Origin: Minisyncoccota bacterium
GTDB lineage: Bacteria > Patescibacteriota > Minisyncoccia > Phycocordibacterales > GCA-2747955
Direction of reading: 5' to 3'
Assembly: GCA_938010795.1 (NCBI GenBank)
Contig: CALLVB010000079.1
Span: 1-28,775, forward strand
Length of the DNA stretch: 28,775 nt
This document shows, one piece after another, positions 7,766 through 14,685 of this stretch (positions within the stretch are counted from its first letter, which is position 1; each line of letters starts with the position of its first letter). Under the pieces are notes generated by a model, which saw nothing but the letters and a program-made list of their open reading frames with translations, was not told where the DNA came from and ran no database searches. Made by a program: the position numbers and the translations under genes.

Positions 7766-8692
7766 ATGCCCAGCAACGCAACAGGGACACCGCTCCCCAT
7801 TAAATTGTCTAACTTACGTAAGTTTGAAGGACAACCTCGTCGACACTTTAGCGCGACAAGCATTGCTTCTCTCGCTGCATCAATTAAAGAAGAAGGACAA
7901 GAGACACCAGTGAGTGTTGTTATGTCTAAAACAGAACCGGGCACTTTTGTGCTCATTGATGGTGAAAGACGGATGAGGGCTTTTCAGCTCATTGCTGAAG
8001 ATACAAATACAGATCCAATAATATTGGCATTTGTTGACGTCGTCAAGGATCTTGAAGACCACTTCAGGAAATCAACGATTGCAAATTTGCACAGAGAAGA
8101 TATGCCTCCTCTTGATACTGGTGCCGCTTTGGCCCGTCTCAAGAAGACTAAGACTCTCGAGCAACTTGCCGACATGACAGGTAAATCTGTAACCTACGTT
8201 AAGAACTACATCTCTCTTGAAGCCCTCCCTGAGGAAGTTAAAGATATGATGAGCCCTGACCGTTCAAAAGAAAATCGTTTAAATGTTTCTCAGGCTATTG
8301 AAATCGCGCGCGTGCCCAATAAGGTATTGCAGATAGATTTAGCAAAAGAGTCTCTCGAAAGAGGGCTTGGTATGATGGAAACACGTAATCTTGCCGTCTT
8401 CAAATCGAGCAGTCGTGGCTATGTCCTTAAGGGGATTAAGCAACGGAATACTCGTGATGATTATCGTGTGATTGCTGGTTTGCCAGGACGCATTGAAAAA
8501 ACGCTGAGACGCGTTGATGAGATGTATATCGATGATATTTTCTTTGATCGAGATGATGAAGTGGGTGATCGAGCCAAAATGGCAAAACGTTATGGCTCAA
8601 TGATTGAACACCTTCAAAAAATCAAAGATAAAATCGAGACTCCTCGAGAGACTGCCGGAGACAGACCGAATCTGTCGATTGTATCTAATTAG
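7766..8692 (+). CDS. ParB/RepB/Spo0J family protein (orphan, no parA in the window)
   Basis: GQPRRHF, SIKEEGQETPV, IDGERRMRA (GxxRxxA), ANLHREDMPPLD, HTH TLEQLADMTGKSVTYV; start moved to ATG 7766 behind SD AAGGAG. Confidence 0.9.
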   Translation: MPSNATGTPLPIKLSNLRKFEGQPRRHFSATSIASLAASIKEEGQETPVSVVMSKTEPGTFVLIDGERRMRAFQLIAEDTNTDPIILAFVDVVKDLEDHFRKSTIANLHREDMPPLDTGAALARLKKTKTLEQLADMTGKSVTYVKNYISLEALPEEVKDMMSPDRSKENRLNVSQAIEIARVPNKVLQIDLAKESLERGLGMMETRNLAVFKSSSRGYVLKGIKQRNTRDDYRVIAGLPGRIEKTLRRVDEMYIDDIFFDRDDEVGDRAKMAKRYGSMIEHLQKIKDKIETPRETAGDRPNLSIVSN

Positions 8693-8704
8693 ATTGGAGG
8701 ACGT

Positions 8705-9427
8705 ATGCTCGTCTTACACCACGGTCTGGATAAGACCACCAAAGCATTTCTTGAATCTTTTGGAATGCAATTAATGCTCATCGAAGAAATTGAATCACTT
8801 GATGATGTTTCCGAATGGGTTAAGGCAACAACAGGTCCCGATGTGGTTCTGTTGGATATTGATGATCAACGTATAGGTATCTATGCACCGAGATTCCTTC
8901 GTTCTGAAGGGGTTAGTGTAAAAGTTGTTGGTTATACCAAGAACCCGGATTACCTCTCTGCATGGTCAGAAAGTCGCGCTCTATTTCTTGAGAACGGGGG
9001 AGACGATTTTCTTCGTGCCCCCTTAAATCCTCGTGAATTATCAGCAACAATTTCTGCTGTTTCTCGGCGTTCAACCGGACGTATGCTTGACGTGTTAAAA
9101 CACGTGGTGCATACAAATGGTCAAGATTCTATTCTCAAGATTCATCTTGGGATTAATCGCGTCACGGTCAATGATGCGCCAGTCGCTATGACAAACAAAG
9201 AGTTTGCCATGCTGCGCATGCTTGCTGAGCGTTCAGGAACTGTTGTTACTAAAGAACAGTTTCTCAACGGCATGTATGATGCTTTGGATGAAGAACCAGA
9301 GATTAAGATCCTAGATGTTTTCGTGTGTAAACTGAGAAAGAAACTCGGTCCAGCAGGTGCAGCTATAGAGACTGTATGGGGTAGAGGATATATGCTCACT
9401 AGTAAGAGCATTAAGTCTGCTGCATAA
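8705..9427 (+). CDS. ctrA: CtrA-like OmpR-family response regulator with degenerate receiver domain
   Basis: C-terminal [42 protein letters not shown] matches recalled alphaproteobacterial CtrA ([41 protein letters not shown]); VSRRSTG linker; ends in AA; SD GGAGG 8696-8700. Confidence 0.85.
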   Translation: [240 protein letters not shown]

Positions 9428-9449
9428 AAGATTAAAATTGATTTGTAGG

Positions 9450-9471
9450 AGCCCCTTTTGTAGGGGCTTTT
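9450..9471 (+). terminator. Intrinsic terminator after the ctrA-like gene
   Basis: AGCCCCT-TTTGT-AGGGGCT followed by TTT. Confidence 0.75.
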
Positions 9472-9497
9472 ACTTATCTATATAATTATTGTATAGT
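9469..9497 (+). promoter_or_regulatory. Sigma70-type promoter of the sciP-like gene
   Basis: TTTACT (9469-9474), 17 nt, TATAGT (9492-9497); SD GGAG at 9513-9516. Confidence 0.55.
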
Positions 9498-9524
9498 ATA
9501 AACAGTACATTTGGAGATTTTATT

Positions 9525-9779
9525 ATGGAACGTGCATTTTTTTATGACCTGCATGGTAATGTCATCGTGTCTGAGAATGATCTGCCTGCTGTTGATTGTC
9601 GTTGGACAGAGAACCGTAAGTTCATAGTCATTAAGGGAGTCGCTATAGGTATCTTTTCTCGTGAGTTGGTGCTTGAGCGTTATGGTATGACTGAGACCGA
9701 ATTAGATTCATGGACAGACAGGATGGACCGCCTTGGTCAAGATGGTTTAAAAACTACTCGAATTCGATCAATAAGATGA
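9525..9779 (+). CDS. sciP: SciP-like (DUF1153) small CtrA-inhibitory protein homolog, 84 aa
   Basis: DLPAVDCRWTENRK..VI..V..GI.S.E....RYGMTETELDSW.....RLGQDGLKTTRI follows the recalled DUF1153/SciP pattern DLPP..T.RW...RKA.VV..V.GGLLS..EA..RY.L..EE...W......G..GLR.TRI; start moved to ATG 9525. Confidence 0.85.
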   Translation: MERAFFYDLHGNVIVSENDLPAVDCRWTENRKFIVIKGVAIGIFSRELVLERYGMTETELDSWTDRMDRLGQDGLKTTRIRSIR

Positions 9780-9808
9780 AAGATTCGCCATAACTGGCGG
9801 ATCTTTTT
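9780..9808 (+). terminator. Intrinsic terminator after the sciP-like gene
   Basis: AAGATTCGCCA-TAAC-TGGCGGATCTT followed by TTT. Confidence 0.8.
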
Positions 9809-9918
9809 AGTTATGTGGCTCAGTATTTATTTTTTAAATTTTAAGCGTGTCTATGTGAACATAGATATATACAAAACAACTTTAATCTACGTCGTCCATG
9901 CTTTATACTACGTAGTAT

Positions 9919-10755
9919 ATGAGTATTACCCCAGAACAAGTTACAGAACTCGAGAAGAAAGCTAATGATATTAGGATTGATATTGTAAAGTCTCTTGCTA
10001 AGGCAGGAACAGGGCATACAGCAGGACCCCTAGATATGGCTGACGTATTCACTACACTCTACTTTTATTCTATGCGACATAATCCCAAGAAACCAGATTG
10101 GGAGGGAAGAGACCGTCTCGTGCTTTCTAATGGACACATTTGTCCAGTACTGTATGTCACAATGGCGCACGCAGGATACTTTGCTGCGTCACAACTAGAC
10201 ACCCTTAGGGTATTTGGATCGTCACTTCAGGGTCATCCACATAGGGAGTATCTTCCAGGAATTGAGACATCATCAGGACCGCTGGGATCAGGACTTTCAC
10301 AGGCTGTCGGAATGGCACTGGCAGACAGGATCGATAATGGTAAGACATCTGGAAAGTTTTTTTACTGTCTCATGGGAGATGGAGAGACTAATGAAGGACA
10401 AATTTGGGAAGCTGCAATGATGGCGGGTAAAGAACAACTCGGAAATCTTATTTGTGTAGTAGACAGAAACAACATTCAAATTGATGGATTTACAGAAGAC
10501 ATTATGCCACTAGAGCCATACGCGGATAAATGGGAGGCTTTTGGATTTCACGTAATCTCAATTGATGGACATAATATCGAAGAGATCGCAGATGCTATCG
10601 ATCAAGGTAAGGCAGTGTTTGAAAAACCAACGATGATTATCGCTAGAACCATTTCATCAAAAGGAGTACCAGCATGGGAACGAGATTTCCACTGGCACGG
10701 AAAACCACCCAAGGATGACGAACTACAAGTCGCACTTGATGCACTTAAAAAATAA
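9919..10755 (+). CDS. tkt: Transketolase, N-terminal (TPP-binding) subunit
   Basis: GTGHTAG, RDRLVLSNGH, LQGHP, SSGPLGSGLS, GDGETNEG..WEA...NN TPP motif, HWHG. Confidence 0.95.
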   Translation: MSITPEQVTELEKKANDIRIDIVKSLAKAGTGHTAGPLDMADVFTTLYFYSMRHNPKKPDWEGRDRLVLSNGHICPVLYVTMAHAGYFAASQLDTLRVFGSSLQGHPHREYLPGIETSSGPLGSGLSQAVGMALADRIDNGKTSGKFFYCLMGDGETNEGQIWEAAMMAGKEQLGNLICVVDRNNIQIDGFTEDIMPLEPYADKWEAFGFHVISIDGHNIEEIADAIDQGKAVFEKPTMIIARTISSKGVPAWERDFHWHGKPPKDDELQVALDALKK

Positions 10756-10759
10756 GCAT

Positions 10760-10788
10760 AAAAAAGACGGACCTCAATCGGTCCATCT
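10760..10788 (-). terminator. Intrinsic terminator of the 10815-10970 small ORF
   Basis: Minus strand AGATGGACC-gattga-GGTCCGTCT followed by a T-run. Confidence 0.65.
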
Positions 10789-10814
10789 GTAAGGAATAGA
10801 ATATCTATTCCTAG

Positions 10815-10970
10815 TTATTGCTGTAATTCATTGCACGGTCCAAGGATCGTATCTTCAGGTTCAGGTATTTTCACTCCTTCCATCGATACTCCTGAGGGCG
10901 CATGCAGAGCAGGTTTATCACCCGTTAATTCTTTATTTGTAGCAGGGCTAACATCTTTTGCTTTTCCCAT
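10815..10970 (-). CDS. Unannotated 51-aa hydrophilic microprotein
   Basis: MGKAKDVSPATNKELTGDKPALHAPSGVSMEGVKIPEPEDTILGPCNELQQ; SD GGAG (10977-10980); promoter and terminator flank it; not in the ORF track. Confidence 0.65.
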   Translation of the reverse strand: MGKAKDVSPATNKELTGDKPALHAPSGVSMEGVKIPEPEDTILGPCNELQQ

Positions 10971-10999
10971 AAGGCACTCCATTGGTTGATTGGGCTTTT

Positions 11000-11028
11000 A
11001 TAATACCGATATACAGTTTATCAGTCAA
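11000..11028 (-). promoter_or_regulatory. Sigma70-type promoter of the 10815-10970 ORF
   Basis: Minus strand TTGACT (11028-11023), 17 nt, TATTAT (11005-11000). Confidence 0.65.
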
Positions 11029-11029
11029 G

Positions 11030-11614
11030 TTATTTTCTTAGAATCCCAGCTGAGAGTACAAAAAGAGGAATAGATTCAGTGTCTTCTTTTTTTAATTTCT
11101 TAATTTTTCTCATTTCCACAAGCACTAACTCACCACTAAAGTTAATGGGATAGGGTGCATACACCCAAATAGATCCCTCAATAGGGCTCGCCTCAGTCTC
11201 ATGATGACCAGGGTCTTCTTCTCCGTTCAAGATCTCGGTTCCTTCATCTGTAATAAAGCCAAGTTTATAAATTCCATCATCAACCTTATATAAAACAGGA
11301 TTATGGAACGCTTTGTGTACCTGGTCAGAGAGCACATCAAAACTTGTGATGAGTTTTGCTATATACCCAAGGAATGTCTTCTTTTCAGCATATGTGTGGA
11401 GGCGTTTTTTGAGTCGTTTACGTAAGAATTTTCGTACTCCATATCCAAGAATAAAGATAAGTACGCAGGCAATAGGAAACGCTATAAGTAAGGGGAGTTC
11501 AATAAAGTTTGTTACAAACCATGAGATACCTTTGATTAACTGGATAACAATAAAAACAGGAATCAAGAAAAGTAATCCACTGACAAAGTAACTGATAATT
11601 TTTTTTGTATTCAT
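11030..11614 (-). CDS. DUF502-family membrane protein
   Basis: YFVSGLLFLIP, ILG, Y..GFIT, VYAPYPINFSG...V, SAG; real start is ATG at 11614 (TGGTATACT 6 nt upstream). The track's upstream extension overlaps tkt antisense. Confidence 0.8.
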   Translation of the reverse strand: MNTKKIISYFVSGLLFLIPVFIVIQLIKGISWFVTNFIELPLLIAFPIACVLIFILGYGVRKFLRKRLKKRLHTYAEKKTFLGYIAKLITSFDVLSDQVHKAFHNPVLYKVDDGIYKLGFITDEGTEILNGEEDPGHHETEASPIEGSIWVYAPYPINFSGELVLVEMRKIKKLKKEDTESIPLFVLSAGILRK

Positions 11615-11675
11615 GTGTATAGTATACCAATTCAGGATCCGGCTCTGTGATAAAATTGATAAGAATAAATTACAT

Positions 11676-12665
11676 ATGTTAAATCCAAAACTAAAACTAA
11701 ATGAAAAGCTATTTTCAGAAGATTGTGAAAAAAAACCAACACGAAATGGATTCGGAGAAGGTTTGGTCAAAGCAGGAAAAAAAAATAAACAAATCGTTGC
11801 CCTGTGTTGCGACTTAACAGAATCAGTGAGGATGCACTTTTTCAAAGAGGCGTACCCAGAAAGATTTATTGAAGTTGGTGTAGCAGAACAAAACTTAGCA
11901 TCAGTTGCCTCTGGAATGGCAGCAATGGGTAAGATACCTTTCGCAGCTTCATACGCGATGTTTAATCCAGGAAGAAATTGGGAGCAAATTAGAACAACTG
12001 TTGCGTACAACAACGTACCAGTAAAGATAGTCGGAGGACATGCAGGTGTTTCGGTTGCGCAAGATGGAGGTACTCACCAAGCAATTGAGGACATAGCTAT
12101 TACACGTGTTATTCCACGCATGGAGGTGATTGTGCCAGTTGATGCACATCAAGCTGACCTGGCTACTCAGGCAATTGCTCAAACAGACGCACCAACATAT
12201 ATCCGCTTAGAAAAACAAAAAACACGAGTAATTACTACACCAAAAACTCCATTTGAAATTGGTAGAGCACAAGTTTTGTGGGAACCAGAAACCATGTCTG
12301 CACGTGTAGGAATTATTTCTTGTGGATCTGTGACCGCAACAGTACTTGATGTAGCTCACTATTTTGAAGAAAAGGGAATTGGAGTAAAAGTTTTGAATAT
12401 GCACACTATTAAGCCAATGGATAAGGAGGCGGTGATTGCACTTGCAAAAGAGACGGAACGTATTGTGACAGTTGAAGAACACCAGAGAGCAGGAGGTCTG
12501 GGATCTGCCGTGGCTGAAGTGCTTGTTGAAAATCACCCAGTGCCAATGCGAATGTGTGGAGTAGACGATGTATTTGGAGAGTCAGGAACAGCAGATGAAC
12601 TACTTGCTAAACACGGACTAGATTTTAATGGAATCAAAGAGGTGGTTGAAGATATAATGAGATAG
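11676..12665 (+). CDS. tkt: Transketolase, C-terminal (pyrimidine-binding) subunit
   Basis: TRNGFGEGL, CDLTES, ERFIEVGVAEQN, DGGTHQAIED, YIRL, TIKP.D, TVEEH..AGGLGSAVAE; likely start MLNPKL at 11676. Confidence 0.95.
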   Translation: MLNPKLKLNEKLFSEDCEKKPTRNGFGEGLVKAGKKNKQIVALCCDLTESVRMHFFKEAYPERFIEVGVAEQNLASVASGMAAMGKIPFAASYAMFNPGRNWEQIRTTVAYNNVPVKIVGGHAGVSVAQDGGTHQAIEDIAITRVIPRMEVIVPVDAHQADLATQAIAQTDAPTYIRLEKQKTRVITTPKTPFEIGRAQVLWEPETMSARVGIISCGSVTATVLDVAHYFEEKGIGVKVLNMHTIKPMDKEAVIALAKETERIVTVEEHQRAGGLGSAVAEVLVENHPVPMRMCGVDDVFGESGTADELLAKHGLDFNGIKEVVEDIMR

Positions 12666-12667
12666 TT

Positions 12668-12937
12668 ATGGACGGGCAGAAAGCAGAAAAACGTTATTGG
12701 TTTGTAAATAAAAAAGTTGGCATAGGGTGGGTACCCGCAACATGGGAAGGTTGGCTGGTAACGGCACTGTACGTACTAGGTGTTTTTACGTGGTCGCTTT
12801 CTGTACTGACAGAAGAAGAGAGTCTCCAGGAGGTAACCATATTTTTTATCGGATTATTTGCATTTACGTTTTTGCTGTTTGGAATAATTGTACGATTTGG
12901 TGAGCCACTTACTTGGAAATTCTGGAAAAAGAAATAA
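12668..12937 (+). CDS. Small 2-TM membrane protein with WF..K..G.GW.P.TWEGW motif
   Basis: 89 aa, 2 nt after the tkt stop; Trp/Gly-rich N-terminal motif and two hydrophobic helices. Confidence 0.75.
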   Translation: MDGQKAEKRYWFVNKKVGIGWVPATWEGWLVTALYVLGVFTWSLSVLTEEESLQEVTIFFIGLFAFTFLLFGIIVRFGEPLTWKFWKKK

Positions 12938-13018
12938 TTTTCCACATCAATTATATAGAGTAGAGAGGAGAGTTATGTATAATGCTCTGACTAATGTAGT
13001 AGTAACAATAGTAGTAAT

Positions 13019-14113
13019 ATGACAGAATTATTAGCACATAAACTAGAGGTATTTAAAACACAAACAGGAATTAAAGGAACCATCTTTGTATCGTTGGTTG
13101 CACTTTTCTTGATCTCTTTATTGTCAGACCTCATATATGGTTCGGTTACTACAGCAAGCTCTCTTGTAAAATTCTTCTTACTTGTGGGGTTAGGGGTTTC
13201 TTTTACTACACTGTTTAATTATCGTTCTTATAAAAAGACTCCAAAACGGTCTTTTACTACACAGAGAATTACTCCAACAAGTACATCTTTTCAAGAAGAG
13301 ACATCAAAGCCTGTATTTGTCACAACAGAAGATGTAGAGCTCCAAGAAGAAGTAAGCCCAGTCCTAGAAAACACAGCAGGAGTTTTATTCAAGATCCGAG
13401 ATGAACTACAAGCACATCAAGATCAGACACGAGCAGTTAAGCAGCGAGAATTCTTTGCAGCGAAAGAGGAAGGTGCACATAGCAGAAAGGGGAGGACATA
13501 TCTCGGTGTTAACATTGTAGATATTGTTCAAATTTCAGAAAAATATGCAGAAACAGTAACGCTTGGTGATATTGAAAAGTTGGTAACATCGAATGTGCAC
13601 GATGAGAGAATCGTTTCTATTTGGCTCTTAATTAATTCATATAAACAATCAACCCAAGAAGGAAAGCAAGAAATTTATGATTTTTATCTCGAAAATAGAA
13701 CTCTAGTTGATAATTGGGATATGGTTGACCTAGCAGCCAGAAATATTATTGGCACACACGTAGCTAATAACGCCTCATGTAAGTCTGTATCAGACGAACT
13801 CATATCTTCTTCGTCTTTATGGGATAAGAGAACAGCTGTAATGTCTGCTCACCCATTGGTACTTGCAGGAGACTTAGGGTATGCATTTTCTGTTGCTGAG
13901 AGATTAATCGATTGTCCAGAAGAGCTTGTGCAAAGTTCACTCGGCTGGGTACTTAAAGAGGCATACAAACAAGATGCTGACGTAACAGAAGGATTTATCA
14001 GATCTCATTTCCACTCACTATCAAAACAGGCAATCAGGATTGGTACAGAGCGTATGGAAAAAAATTACCGAAAAACATTCCTGCGCGGAGAGTTCGAAGC
14101 CGTGGTTGTGTAA
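13019..14113 (+). CDS. alkD: DNA alkylation repair protein (AlkD-like HEAT-repeat glycosylase family) with N-terminal transmembrane extension
   Basis: YLGVNI, HDER, VDNWDMVD, LWDKR, LGWVLKE motifs; residues ~20-68 form two hydrophobic helices. Confidence 0.8.
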   Translation: MTELLAHKLEVFKTQTGIKGTIFVSLVALFLISLLSDLIYGSVTTASSLVKFFLLVGLGVSFTTLFNYRSYKKTPKRSFTTQRITPTSTSFQEETSKPVFVTTEDVELQEEVSPVLENTAGVLFKIRDELQAHQDQTRAVKQREFFAAKEEGAHSRKGRTYLGVNIVDIVQISEKYAETVTLGDIEKLVTSNVHDERIVSIWLLINSYKQSTQEGKQEIYDFYLENRTLVDNWDMVDLAARNIIGTHVANNASCKSVSDELISSSSLWDKRTAVMSAHPLVLAGDLGYAFSVAERLIDCPEELVQSSLGWVLKEAYKQDADVTEGFIRSHFHSLSKQAIRIGTERMEKNYRKTFLRGEFEAVVV

Positions 14114-14119
14114 AACCAG

Positions 14120-14147
14120 TTGATGCAAGAAATACAAATGGTACTAT
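14120..14147 (+). promoter_or_regulatory. Promoter of the 14182-14313 small ORF
   Basis: TTGATG, 16 nt, TACTAT with extended TG; SD GGAG before the GTG. Confidence 0.5.
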
Positions 14148-14181
14148 CTTGTTTGGTAACACGGAGAACAGGGAGAATGTC

Positions 14182-14313
14182 GTGGAAGTTATACAAGATC
14201 TTTGTCTAAGATATTGGTGGGTATCATTAATTGTAATCGCAGGATTAATTACATTTTTTGACTTTTTTTATTTTAATAAAGATCACCAAGTAACAAAAGA
14301 AACACCCGAATAG
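14182..14313 (+). CDS. Unannotated 43-aa single-pass membrane microprotein
   Basis: GTG start; MEVIQDLCLRYWWVSLIVIAGLITFFDFFYFNKDHQVTKETPE; stop lies within the terminator hairpin; not in the ORF track. Confidence 0.6.
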   Translation: MEVIQDLCLRYWWVSLIVIAGLITFFDFFYFNKDHQVTKETPE

Positions 14314-14322
14314 GGTGTTTTC
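14299..14322 (+). terminator. Intrinsic terminator
   Basis: GAAACACCC-GAATA-GGGTGTTTT. Confidence 0.7.
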
Positions 14323-14431
14323 TGTTATTTTATAAAGATTGACATATATTAATAATTACGTATTATTAGAGTTAGGACTGGAATCCTTCCAGTTTGGCTG
14401 TAAGCCTTTATAGAGAAGAGGATGTGCAGAT

Positions 14432-14677
14432 ATGAGTGTCACATTAGTAAGAATAATATGGGGCATAACAGTCTCAGCAATTGGTTTTCTGATTTGGTTA
14501 GGTCTCAGTCAGATTTTTCCAAGCATTATTGCAATAAGTGTCACCGCCCCATTAGTAGGGGTGTACGGAATGGTTCTTGCTATGTGCTTAGGATCACTTG
14601 TTTCAGATAGAAAAAAAATAAAGAAACAAGAACAAGCAAAGCAACATCGAATCGCCTTGGTTACACAACAATCATAG
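14432..14677 (+). CDS. Hypothetical 2-TM membrane protein, 81 aa
   Basis: TTGACA (14339-14344), 16 nt, TATTAT; SD GAGGA 14418-14422; two hydrophobic helices and a basic tail; own terminator. Confidence 0.7.
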   Translation: MSVTLVRIIWGITVSAIGFLIWLGLSQIFPSIIAISVTAPLVGVYGMVLAMCLGSLVSDRKKIKKQEQAKQHRIALVTQQS

Positions 14678-14685
14678 TGATATGT

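Noticed and set aside
8705-9427. Distinct codon usage as evidence of recent transfer (11 of 14 Arg codons are CGN)
   Set aside because: tyrS also uses many CGN codons; the sample is too small and no proper computation was possible.
7337-9919. parB-ctrA-sciP as a prophage, plasmid or IS-borne cargo
   Set aside because: No integrase, transposase, structural or replication genes and no flanking direct repeats were found in the window. A chimeric assembly cannot be excluded without reads, but the cassette style matches other orphans here.
11615-12013. N-terminal extension of the 327-aa ORF, and alternative upstream starts at 7712, 9489, 11613, 19927, 24547 and 27757
   Set aside because: The extensions overlap promoters or opposite-strand genes; downstream ATGs have proper SD or -10 spacing and coincide with the domain starts.
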